DNA of 64,000 nt from Asterias rubens (GCF_902459465.1 NC_047081.1:4712001-4776000), one strand, 5' to 3'. Counted from the first letter of the stretch, positions 13,105 to 27,142 are shown. Numbers and translations are program-made. The notes: generated by a model not told the origin, from the letters alone.

Positions 13105-14633
13105 AATAAAACGAGAAAATAAAGTCAGATGTACTTCCCTTACATTCCCGAATGTCTATCCACCATGATCCAATACTCCCTTAAAACTTACTCACATTTA
13201 AATACTTACCAGATAACATCAAGGATATGAGTGAACACAGCTTAGGTCTGATAGCGAACTTTGTTATCATGTGGTGCTGCATGAATAAGTGGCCGACATT
13301 TTGGAGTCTTTTGGCAACTTCAATTGTAAGGTGGCTGCACTTTAAACAGCGACTCATACCTGGTATGCTTACTGGAACGTAGGGTATATATTGGATGATT
13401 AGTTCACCTAACTGAGTGAGTCAATGGCCTCCTATATGTATACCCCAACCTGATGTGTCCCACATAACGATGGCGACCTATTGACTGGCAGGCTCGTTCA
13501 TCACTTCCAATTCAAAACCTGTTGACTTCGCCAGTTTTAAATTTCTAGGGTGTGACCTTTGAAGGGCGTGGCTCCATTTGAAGAGAGAGGAGGAGCTTTC
13601 GGGAAAACTTCTCTCTTGACTTAAATATATCACTCACTCAAGTAAATTATGAAATAAATAGTTGTTTCTTCTAAATTGATTTAATTTTGTATGCAATTTT
13701 ACGAAGCGCAGAAAGTGAAAACCTTTTTGTTATAAATTGAACAGATAAACTTGAAAGCAACCTTTTCCGTCAGATGCAGTGCCACCTTTGGGTTCCGCAC
13801 CTATTTTTAAATCTTGGGAGCTTGATACCCTAGGCTTACTCACTGTTGCTGTTCCCCTATTTGATGTTTAAAAAACACTTAATGTTTTGTTATTTCCCAC
13901 ATCGAAGCCGTAACTATTGATATAGAATGTTAACTTAGTTGTTTGCTTTTGTTTTCTATGTGTTTTCAAGAGATAAATTCTACTTCGTTATTCGTGGCGA
14001 ATAATTAAAGAAAAATAAGATACCTGTAAATATAAACAAAGTCAACTCGGGTATCTTGATCTTTTCTAAAAAACTTATTTTGTAACTAAACTTTTTGAGA
14101 TGAAGACTGTAAATGCGGATAGGAATTTTCCAAGCCTCGGTTGGTTTGGCTTCACCGTCAGTCTTAGAAGCTTTTACCTATACATTCAAACGGTTCAGGA
14201 GATTCACCTGTGAAATGCAAAGTGCATTTTCTACACTAATGAACGCATCAAAATCAAATACTTCACATGACCGCGGGCACTTTGAGCGCTTTCCCGTTCC
14301 CACCAAAAATCTGGGCTAATGAAGCTGTGTGCTTGAGTAGAGCTTGAGTGAGCTTGAGCGTAGAGCGAGTATCTCTTGCCATGGAGTCATTTATTTAGCT
14401 AAAGGCTTGATTAGAACTGACATGTTTTTCTTCTCGTCGGAGGTTGATTGACCCTACCGTACATTTAGTTTTATTGTAGGTTTTGTGGTGTGGATGAGTT
14501 ACCCTTAGTCGTCCTTGCATTCTCTTGCTCTATGCTTGAACTTCCCTGACCTGTAATACACGAAGGATGGCTCTTCGGTTCAGATAGAGTTGTTATTATT
14601 TATTTATTAATGCGAATCAGTGTATCAGGTGTT

Positions 14634-15027
14634 TTAAAGACACTGGTCACCTTTGTTAATTGCTTGATGCTTAAAAGACCAGTGTTAAAAGCTTGATGTA
14701 TCTCAACAGAACATGCACAAATAACAAACCTGTGAACATTTGAACTAAATGACCGTCGAAGTTGCGAGATATAAATTGAAGAAAAACACCCTTGTCACAC
14801 AAAGTTGTGTGCTCTCGATGCTTGATTCGAGACCTCAGCTGAGGTGAATCAATTCAAATAGTTCACTGAGAAATTACTTCTTTCTCAAAAACTACGTTAC
14901 TTCAGACAAAGGGAGCCGTTTCTCATAATGTTTTATACTATCAACAAGTCTCCATTGCTTGTTACCAAGTAAGTTTTTATGCTAACAATTATTTTGAGTA
15001 ATTACCAATAGTGTCCAGTGCCTTTAA
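14634..15027 (+). mobile_element. Family A MITE
   Basis: TTAAAGACACTGG...aattaccaatagtgtccagtgcctTTAA. Confidence 0.9.
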
Positions 15028-15224
15028 AGTGCAAAAAGTGTTTGAGAATCCACGTCCATTTCCTGTGACCACAGTTTGTGCTCAATATGGCATGGTGTAC
15101 ACTCTCCCACAATATTGTGTCTTTATCGAGCTTTGGGAGTTTCAGGAATTCACCAGAGGATTTTCAGGGATGGAGGTTACTTCTCTACAGGAAGGCTGGA
15201 AGAGTTGTATGTGGGCAATAGGAA

Positions 15225-15328
15225 CACATGTTGTTGTTGGTGTTTTTGTTGTTGTTGTTGGTGTTTTGTTTGTTTGTTAAGTTTGGTCTTGTGGTCTTTG
15301 TTTGTTTGTTTGTAGTTTGTTTTGTTAT
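15225..15328. repeat. (GTT)n/(GTTT)n low-complexity microsatellite
   Basis: gttgttgttggtgtttttgttgttgttgttgg...tttgtttgtttgtttg. Confidence 0.85.
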
Positions 15329-18300
15329 ATGAGAGGGGTGGGATGGCTCCTCCTGCCACTCAGTCATGGTAAAGACGAGCAAGAAAAGTGGCGTTTGAAT
15401 TTCCTGTGTCCATTGCATTGTATACTCTCAAGGAAACAAGGTTTATGCCAATATCATCTTTCATGCTATCGAGTCAGTTGTATAACATCATTGATGCTGA
15501 CAATAAGACCTCTAGATGAAGACATGCAAACAGATCATCTTCAAAATGGATTGGACAATTTGAGATTGTCCGAATAAACTGTAAGTGATCTTGACAAAAC
15601 ACAGTTGTTATTTTATCTTTGGTTGTAAGAAGCTTGTTGGAATCAATTTCAACAGTCAAAGATTCCATGAAAAACACAAAGTGGCAAAACAGCTTCGTAT
15701 CGGTTCATTGCTGGTCACTTACTTACATTTTTCTGCATTGTGTTAACGTTGTAGTAGGCGCAGATCAATACGGCTTACGCATGTTTTTGCACACTAGCAG
15801 ACTAATTAGTTAATACCGTTGAGCGGTGGACTCATCCTCGGTACATGATTGGCTGTAATCTTACATCGTCCATCTTCACTCCATCCCTTTACTCGATTTA
15901 ACAATGTAGACCTCCCCCTGTGGTGGCTATGTCTGAGCCTCACTTCCGATCTAGTTTCCCCAATAGCAAGCGGATCATCAAAACCAGCACCGTAAGAAGC
16001 GACAGAAGGACAGAGGTGAGCAGGGGACATGCAGTGTGAGATGACACTAGGCCACCGTGTGGATACATTATGGACCACCCCTTATCTATTCTGGTACTAG
16101 TCAAGTTTGGCCGGCTTTGACCATTCACAATCAGTATCACGTATCTCTACCAAGCTGGAAATACAGCCAACGTTCGTGTGTATAGCTGGACGTTTGCTGA
16201 GTTGGCTAACAACACTGATGTACATGTTGACACACGTGGATATAAGATTTGGCGGCAACGGCAGAGTCGTTTAATTTGTGCCAAGGCTTTTGAGTAGGGC
16301 TACAGTTAACTCGTGGAAGCTTTAGTTGTGCGCTGTGCTAGATGACTTTACATCTCGGAATTAATACTGTGACTCTTGAGGAACTGCTGCGTTTTAAAGT
16401 GTAAGTTGTTTTCGAAATTGTTCGTTCATTTCTTGTCTGTGCTGTTTCGATTATTTTTAATTGTTCACACAATATAAATTATTAATCAAATGGTGTCATC
16501 CCCATAGCTTTTCAATTATTTTCTTTTGTTAATGTTGATTTTATTTTTTTAATTTTGTATACAGTTGGTGAGCATTTATAGCCTCATGGTCAGACCATGG
16601 CCAGATGAATTATTGAAGATAAAGTCAATAATGATATGTTTTTCACGTAGTCCTATCTTGTCTAGGTTCCGTTCGTAGTTTGCATGCATGCTAGCATAGA
16701 AGAATACGTCCCTTGCCGTTACCGTATGTGATTCTATACTTAATTCGCAGTCACCCAACCCTAATTCGATATTGAAACCCGCTAACAATTAGGAACTGAA
16801 AAAAACCTGCGGCTGTCCTCGGGAAAAGGCATGACGAGCTGCAAATTTTCAAACTTCCTGCAAACTATTAAATTACTTACTACCTCGATAACGTGAACGT
16901 GCATGTTGTCTTGGGCTTGGCACTCGGCACTAGAATCACTACGTGACATTACGGCTATTTTGCGCTCCATTTTGTCATAACTATTATCCAGTTCATAAAT
17001 TGGAGCTGTAGTCACTTGGTACGATTTTGACATGTTGATTGGAATGACCTTGCATTGCATATGGCGTTTACTGCTGTATGAAGCGTATGTTGGTAGGGAG
17101 TAGCCAGTTGCAAAAGTCAATGTCAGTTCCATAACGTCATCATCTAACGCAGCCCTAAACATGCTTCAGTAGTTGCTGTGTTAAATTCAACGGTAGAATC
17201 ACACACAGGAATGATTGTTTTGACAAAGCTACCTGGATTGAAGATCTGCTTAAACAGTATCGGGTATATTTAAAGAGCTCTGTGTGTTTTCTGTTCCCCA
17301 CGACCGAGTACAGTTTGCTATATGAACACGTTAATTACCTAATGATGTAGTGCCTGCTTATCGTAGCTTTTTTATTGTAATCCAAAGCAACACCGCGTAA
17401 AAAAATGTGTAGGTTACCGCAGTACTGCCCAAATCAAAACGGACTTTAGGAAGTCTAGTAAAAAGTACAGCGTGACCCCTTAGGTCCCTTGAACGTTGGA
17501 TCTATGGATACGTCAATTCATTGCTAAAGGGGAACCATTGCACCTGCCGAGGAAGTGCCCAGATCGGTGGTACACTTCCAACTTGCATGTTCTTCTTTTC
17601 TTTTCCATCACTTTCTCTTTTAGAGGTCAGGCGGTTCACTAAGTGGAGGCCATACACAGAGAGTGGGTGTATGAGTGATTGGTTTGACGGGGCAGTAGAA
17701 TTAGTACGCGGATGTGAAGCACAATAGATATGTTGGGTAACTGATGTGGTTTGAGGGAATCATATGAAGAGCTATCAAAACACATATTGGAGGTTTTAAA
17801 AATCAAAATCGGGGGCCTACTTACCCTACTAATGTATAATCAATGTCCGCATAAGTCATGAACATCATGTTATTTTGTGTATACTTAACTGTCATAGTTG
17901 ATAGATGTAGGGAATGAAGGATTCCACACGATCAGAATGCTTCTGTTCGAAAATTCACATGAATAAATAAGTTGTCCAAAGTTTAAAAGTGTCATTTTTA
18001 TTGATTGTGCAGTGTAGTCAAGTTTACTTTCAGATTATTTTCTGTAGCACTGAGATAGACGGGCAATAATTCTGTTATGGAACCCACCTGTTTGATACTG
18101 GTTACTGTCCAAGAGGCTTACTATTGTAAGTTATAGAGGATTTGAGGCATTGCATGAAGTATCAATATATATTTGGTTTGCGGTAACACCATATGTGTTC
18201 TCTAAGAACAAACTCTAACTGGCAAGTAGATACACACATTGTGTTACCGCAAACCAATAATATGTGGTAAGTTAACTAGGATGAAACTTGGATCGATGAC

Positions 18301-19430
18301 TGCAACGCATCGTAACTCGCAAACTCTGAGGCTCAGCAATTGACTTACTCTCTGCTCGAGATTATTTGAAGCTCATGTGGGAAGTAAAGGTGATTGTTCG
18401 ACCTACTTCCTTTGGGAAAGAGAACTTTACTTTTTATCGAGTTGTTTGAATGCTTTGGTAAACAAACACCGAGCCACAAAAAACACTGAATAGCAAATAC
18501 GTCACCTGTAACTTTTGTAGAATTATGTACATCGAGGCCTTTGTAGTGGTTTGTAGTTGTAACCGATACGAACTACATAAATGAATTCATGTATCGGGAC
18601 TCTATGCATCAGTTTCGTCAGTGTGGCGATTTATTTGACAGTGTGTTTATTTACGGTTGGCTGTTTGCATTGTGTATTGACCATGTGAGAACTTTAGACC
18701 AATCAGGTCGTGTACCCAGTCTGTCTGTACGGCGTGCAGTGCAGGCAAAAGGTGTTCGACCAAAAACAAATTCTATGACAAATTCAATAAACATATAATC
18801 TTTAAATAAATGTGAACACAATTTAATGGAATGTTAATAAAGCAAAATGAGCTCTTGACACGTCTGAATATTTAAACCGTATATAGTGATCAAGGATCAA
18901 ATTGAAATGTCCATATTAAATTTGTCTATATGAGGCAGTAGTTTACAATTTGTAATTTGCTAATGGCTTTTGCCTTCGTGGTGGTTGTTTCAAGTGTTGA
19001 TGACACATAGCGTCCCCGTTGAGTGACACAAGGCACGATTTGCTACACACGCATGTGACAAATAGCCCAGTCATCGCTGCAGGTAATCCCCATGTAGCTC
19101 TATCGACACTGATTAGTTAGACGTGACTTAAACACACTCATACCATGCAGCTGATTCTACCTACATGCTCAAACCAACTACCATCTCTAGACCCCTTCGG
19201 AGACAAGTCAGCACACCAACTGCCAATCTTTATAGACGTGCAGAGTAAAAATTGTGGTGGTGCAGTAGCAATGATGAAAACATGATGTGTTTATAATTGC
19301 ATGAACTTAAAACAGTATGGCTGTTTTTAGCAGAGACGCAATCAACCAATATAGTATTATAAATAACATGTATTGTGGACAACATGTAACAGAAAATTGG
19401 GGTTCTGAGAAGAACCAGGGTAGAGATAGA

Positions 19431-19827
19431 ATAAAGGCAGTGCACACTATTGGTAATTACTCATAGTAATTATTAGCATAAAACCTTTCTCGATTACGAG
19501 TAATGGGGAGAGGTTAATAGTATAAAACATTGTGAGAAACGGCTCCCTCTGAAGTGACGTAGTTTTCAAGAAATAAGTAGTTTTCCACGAATTTGATTTC
19601 GAGACCTCAGAATATAGAATTTTAGGTCTCGAAATCAAGCATACGAAAGCACACAACTTCGTGTGACCATGGTGCGACAAGGGTGTTTTTCTTTCATTAT
19701 TATCTCGCAACTTCGACGACCGATTGAGTTCACATTTTCACAGGTTTGTTATTTTATGCATATGTTGAGATACACTAAGTGAGAAGACTGGTCTTTGACA
19801 ATTACCAATAGTGTCCTGTGTCTTTAA
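19431..19827 (-). mobile_element. Family A MITE
   Basis: AAAGGCAGTGCACACTATTGGTAATTACTC...AATTACCAATAGTGTCCTGTGTCTTTAA. Confidence 0.92.
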
Positions 19828-21312
19828 AACAGTATGGCTGTTTTGAGCAGAGACGCAATCAGCCATTGACTATGTAGCTCTATAAATGACATGTACTGTG
19901 GACAAGTAGAAAGCGGTGGTTCTGAGAAGAACAAGGGTCGAGATGGGTTCCCAGTTTCGATGATCAGAAGATGCTGAACGGGCAACATCACGACACATCT
20001 TACCTATCATCTTTGTTATCTCGTTCTTTCGTGATGATTGCTATCAAAGGGTTGTCACAAATAAACTTTTAAAGTTTCAAATCTTACAGTTACTGGAACT
20101 CTACCCGTTTGCATTTCATCAGCTTATGAATGCAAAAGGTTGTGGCGCTTGTTTATTTAAATATTTTACCAAAATTAAATATCATACACAATACAAATAT
20201 CGGAGACAAAACCCCTGACAAAACTGTTAATTGGCTGATGAAGACATCGCATTTTGTAAAATTTAAACAAAAGTTGATGTTAAATGCGGATTCTGTGAAC
20301 GACTTGTGAAAGTCGTGTTTAGTCTGATAATATAATACTTTCAAATCAGAATGGTGTATCAGCTTCCATGACTTTATTTAGGTGTGTAACGATTGTAAAG
20401 TTGGGTCAAAGTACGATTGACGTAGAATTGTAATTGAGGGCGCAATTTTACCATAACAATTATTATACCATCTATCATATTTTCATGTTGCATATTTGGA
20501 ATGTGTAAGTTGCATCATGGTTGCATCAAGTATGTTTGATGGATTAATCAGGAAGATGAACATGACGGCAGTTCGTCTATGACTGACTAAACATGAGCAA
20601 CTTGGCAGGGAGTGTTTTGCCCAAAGGAACGCCAAGGTTTCCAGGGAACTTTTCTGTCAATTTAAGAAGGAACTTCATGTTTTGGAGTGTATGGAGCGTG
20701 TGACTTTGACCTTGCCCAAAAAGTGCAGGGGACTCGGGAAATAACTCATCTGTATCAATTTGTGGACTGCTTAATTTGATTGTGTCCAGGCATGATACGG
20801 GAGTAGCTCATCAAACTGCAGCGTGATAACTTACAAATTGTATCGTTTAGGATATCAGTACCGGCTGAATATTTTAGCTGTTGACAAATGGCGGAATATG
20901 TTAGACGTTGAAAAATGCAAGGCATTCAAATAAATTAGTTCAGAACCAATGCGTTGATATTCAGCCAAAATAGTTTCAAGGTTCTCGTTTGAATATTGCT
21001 ATTTGTCCAGATGTATAATTAATTTAGGAGATATGACTTTTTGCATGTTGTATATAGAGTGTATTTGATCGGATTCATATGTTGTGTTAGCATTATATTT
21101 GCCATGTCATCCTGAGCAGCGAGTTCCGTATGGAACAGTCCCAATCATTTTCCAACAAAGAACGAGATTTCTACTCAAAACTCATTTGTTTGTTTGTTCT
21201 GAAACAAGTATTGACGATAACGACCAGGAATAGTTGGAAATCAATATGACCGTTCTTTGCAATTTTTAAAGTGCTTTGGTTGATATCAAAAAAGAGTTAA
21301 GACTAGTCTTAA

Positions 21313-21489
21313 TTCAAGACAGTGGCACTATTGGTAATTGTTCAAGGCAGTGGACACTATTGGTAATTTCTCAAAATAATTATTAGCATAAAACATTTCT
21401 TGGTGACGAGTTATGGGGAGAGGTTGATGGTATAAAACATTGTGAGAAACGGCTCCGTCACAATTACCAATAGTGTCCACTGCCTTTAA
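21313..21489 (-). mobile_element. Family A MITE, internally deleted, with duplicated left TIR
   Basis: Two successive TIR starts (21313, 21341). Junction gagaaacggctccgtc|acaattaccaatagtgtccactgcctTTAA. Confidence 0.88.
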
Positions 21490-21607
21490 CTTGAGTTAGG
21501 ACGAGTTAAGGACTATATAGCTTCGTATGTTTTAATACCTCTTATAGGAATAGTCCTATCTATTGTGAAATCGACCACAGGTTGACACTTTAATGACAAT
21601 TGTGCAC

Positions 21608-23580
21608 AATGTAGGGTGGGGAAGCCTATTGCACACATTCCCTCGATTAGGCCGGTGCTAACTTTTCTTTGTTTAATGTAGGTGAGGGGAAGCCTATTGC
21701 ACACATTCCCTCGATTAGGCCGGTGCTAACTTGTCTTTGTTTAATGTAGGTGTGGGGAAGCCTATTGCACACATTCCCTCGATTAGGCCGGTGCTAACTT
21801 GTCTTTGTTTAATGTAGGTGTGGGGAAGCGTTATGCACACATTCGCTCGATTAGGCCGGTGCTAACTTGTCTTTGTTTAATGTAGGTGTGGGGAAGCCTA
21901 TTGCCCAAATTCTCTCGATTAGGCCGGTGCTAACTTGTCTTTGTTTAATGTAGGTGTGGGGAAGCCTATTGCACACATTCCCTCGATTAGGCCGGTGCTA
22001 ACTTGTCTTTGTTTAATGTAGGTGTGGGGAAGCCTATTGCACACATTCCCTCGATTAGGCCGGTGCTAACTTGTCTTTGTTTAATGTAGGTGTGGGGAAG
22101 CCTATTGCACACATTCGCTCGATTAGGCCGGTGCTAACTTGTCTTTGTTTAATGTAGGTGTGGGGAAGCCTATTGCACACATTCGCTCGATTATGCCGGT
22201 GCTAACTTGTCTTTGTTTAATGTAGGTGTGGGGAAGCCTATTGCACACATTCCCTCGATTAGGCCGGTGCTAACTTGTCTTTGTTTAATGTAGGTGTGGG
22301 GAAGCCTATTGCACACATTCCCTCGATTAGGCCGGTGCTAACTTGTCTTTGTTTAATGTAGGTGTGGGGAAGCCTATTGCACACATTCGCTCGATTAGGC
22401 CGGTGCTAACTTGTCTTTGTTTAATGTAGGTGTGGGGAAGCCTATTGCACACATTCCCTCGATTAGGCCGGTGCTAACTTGTCTTTGTTTAATGTAGGTG
22501 TGGGGAAGCCTATTGCACACATTCGCTCGATTAGGCCGGTGCTAACTTGTCTTTGTTTAATGTAGGTGTGGGGAAGCCTATTGCACACATTCGCTCGATT
22601 AGGCCGGTGCTAACTTGTCTTTGTTTAATGTAGGTGAGGGGAAGCCTATTGCACACATTCCCTCGATTAGGCCGGTGCTAACTTGTCTTTGTTTAATGTA
22701 GGTGTGGGGAAGCCTATTGCACACATTCCCTCGATTAGGCCGGTGCTAACTTGTCTTTGTTTAATGTAGGTGTGGGGAAGCCTATTGCACACATTCTCTC
22801 GATTAGGCCGGTGCTAACTTGTCTTTGTTTAATGTAGGTGTGGGGAAGCCTATTGCACACATTCGCTCGATTAGGCCGGTGCTAACTTGTCTTTGTTTAA
22901 TGTAGGTGTGGGGAAGCCTATTGCACACATTCCCTCGATTAGGCCGGTGCTAACTTGTCTTTGTTTAATGTAGGTGTGGGGAAGCCTATTGCACACATTC
23001 GCTCGATTAGGCCGGTGCTAACTTGTCTTTGGTTAATGTAGGTGTGGGGAAGCCTATTGCACACATTCCCTCGATTAGGCCGGTGCTAACTTGTCTTTGT
23101 TTAATGTAGGTGAGGGGAAGCCTATTGCACACATTCCCTCGATTAGGCCGGTGCTAACTTGTCTTTGTTTAATGTAGGTGTGGGGAAGCCTATTGCACAC
23201 ATTCCCTCGATTAGGCCAGTGCTAACTTGTCTTTGTTTAATGTAGGTGTGGGGAAGCCTATTGCACACATTCGCTCGATTAGGCCGGTGCTAACTTGTCA
23301 TTGTTTAATGTAGGTGTGGGGAAGCCTATTGCACACATTCCCTCGATTAGGCCGGTGCTAACTTGTCTTTGTTTAATGTAGGTGTGGGGAAGCCTATTGC
23401 ACACATTCGCTCGATTAGGCCGGTGCTAACTTGTCTTTGTTTAATGTAGGTGTGGGGAAGCCTATTGCACACATTCCCTCGATTAGGTCGGTGCTAACTT
23501 GTCTTTGTTTAATGTAGGTGTGGGGAAGCCTATTGCACACATTCCCTCGATTAGGCCGGTGCTAACTTGTCTTTGTTTAA
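21608..23580. repeat. 68-bp minisatellite, 29 units
   Basis: aatgtaggtgtggggaagcctattgcacacattccctcgattaggccggtgctaacttgtctttgttt. First unit at 21608 (67 bp), then every 68 bp from 21675 to 23511. Confidence 0.98.
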
Positions 23581-24510
23581 ACATGAGTGAGTTACGGGTA
23601 ATAGTAATACTACTTAACTGCAAGGCGTCTGAACCCAAATGCAACGAGAAGATCATGTCATTACATTCAACAAATGCAATGATATGCGGAAGTAATTCTC
23701 CTTGGACTGTATCCTGTATATAACCAACTTTCATTCTGGAATACTTTGTGTTGCACATTTTGCGATGTATTATATTCAGATTTTGTTTTCGCTCTTACAC
23801 AAGTCCATATGGCATAATGGCTATGTATCTTATTATTTTATTTTATTTCCAAAACCTCTTTGATAAATCATTGCACGGATGACTTCATGAGGGGGTAATG
23901 CACCATAAGTTGTGCATCATTGGTTCAAGACTTAACATATTAAGTACATTATTAATTTGTTTATTTTTCTGCTTTTCAATTTGTTGGATTGAATTTGGAA
24001 ATTAGGGAAATGGTGTTCATGTTGTCACGACGAATAAGAATAATTTAATTATAGGTGAATTACAATTACTTCTGCCAACTTACGGGTTCATAAAGGGCGA
24101 ATCAGGAGTTTGTTTAATCCGAAATGGTTGAAGATGACAATGCCGTGTGCATTCGTAGAATCTCCGAGTTATCGTTTGCACAGCAAATAGTTAGAATGGT
24201 TTGTGTCATTTTCCCTTACCCCTGTTCCAGAGTTTACTTTCATCATTTTTCTAGCCGGGGTAGTTTTTAACTGGCTCTGTTTACCTCTTTACGGTTGCCC
24301 TTTAAAAATAATAATAAATATTTTCAACATTTTTAGAAACGTAAAAGTGTGCATCTCGAAGCCTGTGTTAGGGTTCGGCCCGCTTAAGGGCCCCTGCAGA
24401 CAATATTTTATGAAAAGATACCCTTAATTGTAGGTGGAGCAGTTTGAACCGTCACTAGATTTCTTCCGGCTTTTGTTCTCTCAATAGGCGGGAAAAGGGG
24501 ACGGACAACA

Positions 24511-24901
24511 TTAAAGGAACACGTTGCCTTTGATCGGACGAGTTGGTCTATATAAAGCGTTTGTAACAATTTTTTTTTAAATGCATATGGTTGGAAAGAT
24601 GTTTTTAAAAGTAGAATACAATGATCCACACAAGTTTTCCTCCAAATTGCGTGGTTTTCCTTTTACTGTACAAACTAACACGGTCGGCCATTTACGGGAG
24701 TCAAAAAATTGACTCCCATAAGTGGCCGACCGTGTTAGTCGACAAGGTGAAAGGAAAACCGTGCGATTTCGATGCATGTTTGTGTGGATCATTGTATTCT
24801 ACTTTTACAACATCTTTCTACTCATATGCATTTTATAACAAACGGTTACAAACGCTTTTCAAAGACCAACTCGACCGATCAAAGGCAACGTGTTCCTTTA
24901 A
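24511..24901. mobile_element. Family B palindromic TTAA MITE
   Basis: TTAAAGGAACACGTTGCCTTTGATCGG...CCGATCAAAGGCAACGTGTTCCTTTAA; centre gggagtcaa aaaa ttgactccc. Confidence 0.93.
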
Positions 24902-27142
24902 CTGGATTAAACAAACTTGAAAGGTTGATAATGCATACTTGCTTTTAATTTTTGCTTGCATTGTTGCGCTCTTCCGTAAAGTGAGGTGCAATTTTACTTT
25001 GAACACAATGAATAAAGTATCAGCCAAAATAAAAACAACAATTTCAGCTCATCTATTTCCGAATTATTTGAGTTCAACTTTGTGTTTTAGTCATCAAAGT
25101 CCAGAGTTGCCGAGAGGTTATTGAACTCGACCAAGAGATGATGCAGGCATTGTCAGCTATGCCTAACGGAAACATGATGTCGCTCTCACAATTACAGCCA
25201 AGCTCGCTGGCCATCCATTTCCAATTTGTCTGTAATTTGTTGAGTCTAAAATCGCTGTAAATTGTAATCGATCAGTTGTGTAGATGAAAGTTGGATTGTA
25301 CAAAAAGACGTGTTTACGAAATCGATTGTTGTCGTTATCTGTCAATTAGACGTGTAAATGCATTACTGTTCTTGAACAACAAATGAGTTTGAAATGGTTG
25401 ATTTGACTTGATGGCTTTCCTGATACTATCTTTGCAAAAGTGCAGCCATTTCACAACAGATTCTGAAGATCTATTGATGAGCCCAAGAAACAAAAACAAT
25501 TGTTTTAAAGGTTGATCGCAAGTGAAATTGTTTCTCAGGTAAAATTGATTGAAATTCCGTCATGTAATTCATTACAGTTTGTATGACTTATGGTAGCGTA
25601 TGTTCACATGTCCATGGTGCCTAGGCCAAATCATGATGAATAATAAAAAATATAAAAACACAATGACAGTGTAGTTTTCATAACTGGAATTTTAACCTTC
25701 TAAAATTGCAGAGTCACTAGATGCATTAATATCATTGTAATATGTGTATGTGTCTACACCACTTGGGACGAACTATTTGTTAATGACCTTCAAATACATT
25801 AAAGATAATTTAGGCCCATCTCAAAGTGTTTCAAGACAGTGTTCATTCCCGCATCTAACTTGAATCACCGTCCAATATCAACGAAAACAAATCTTATTCC
25901 ACTCCAGCAATTGTCACTTCAAAGTTTGTATTTAACGAAGAAAGCAAATAACTTGCCACTGGTAATAACGTCTGTCATTCCCCATTTCAGCAATGAACGA
26001 GGCTTGAGCCTACTTTAAGCCCACCTTAAGCCATGCTCAAGCCATGCTATGAAAACCATTGCAGAGTTGAAAATGTTGTCGATATACCAAATTAAAGCTA
26101 GACAAGGTGCACAGCTACCCGTGGTTATTACAAACTTCGTCATGGGTAAAGTGGCAATTTCAAAAGGTCATCAACTTCCCCCAATTATGGTTATGTAAAA
26201 AAAAATACAATTTTGAGACAGTGAAAAGGTTCAACTTGCAGTTCACTTGTACCTTTTTGGCGCCGTTTTTAATGTGTTTTTCCGATATTTTGGCAGTAAA
26301 AAGAGATGTGGTTGGCATAACGTAGGTTGTTAATGTCATATTGAATTACTCTTCGGCTTGTTTATGTATTTTGACCATACCCTTAGCATTCTCAAGGGAT
26401 CGGAGTTTGATAATCTGTGCATAAAACACCCGCTGTTAAAAATCATATAAACACGTGGCCTTAAAAGAAACTAATAAAAGAAACTAAAAATAAAAACCAC
26501 AAAACAGTATTGAGTTGCCAACCACCGGTTCATCTCAGAACAACCACTAATCAAGTCCAAAGAGATTTACACACAGTATTATCAATTAAAAGAACATGTC
26601 CTTATCTTGTTAAAAGGAAGAATTTTAGTCTGAACTATTTTAAGTAAATACAAGTTTATTTGTGAGTGTAGTGGATAACAGTTAGATAGTCATCATCTAT
26701 AGCTCCAAATCGCATTTCGTTCTAAATATGTACAAAAAACAAAAATGCTGAAAATAAATGGCAACACATGGAAGAACAACCAGTGAGATTAGTTTAACTG
26801 ATTATAATTATTAATAATAATACATTTGACCTTATCTCCCCCTATCAACAACTATGCTTGACTGAACTTTTCCATGGATACTTGATGTGTTATTTTCTTC
26901 ATCTGTTTCGGTACTCCTTGATCACTGATCCATCGAGGTGGCTCAGGAGATATATGCGGTTTGCTGCCTGCCTGCTATCTGATGCTGGGGGGGGGGGGGG
27001 GGGGGTTAAGTTGGGGCGACTGGCCCGGTTTTGGCAACTACTTCCATGTCTTCACTTTGCAGTGACAGAGTTTGGCCTACTTATGACATTAACGAAGACC
27101 CATTAGTATAATATAATGACATGGTAATTAAAACAGCTTTGT

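Noticed and set aside
13110-13560. VAIVMWDTSGWG resembling a GTPase WDTAG or DIRS RNase H DAS..GWG motif
   Set aside because: Flanking motifs for either family are absent and the frame has stops.
11720-16082. Gli-like sites (GACCACACA at ~11723, GACCACCCC at ~16073) suggesting Hedgehog control as for Nord
   Set aside because: Isolated imperfect 9-mers more than 25 kb from the gene, no clustering, expected by chance.
20530-20935. Plus-strand frame with 4 stops in about 135 codons
   Set aside because: Within chance expectation.
25472-25492. tgatgagcccaagaaac as a minimal hammerhead ribozyme
   Set aside because: Lacks the C of CUGAUGA and a closable helix II; no flanking helices found.
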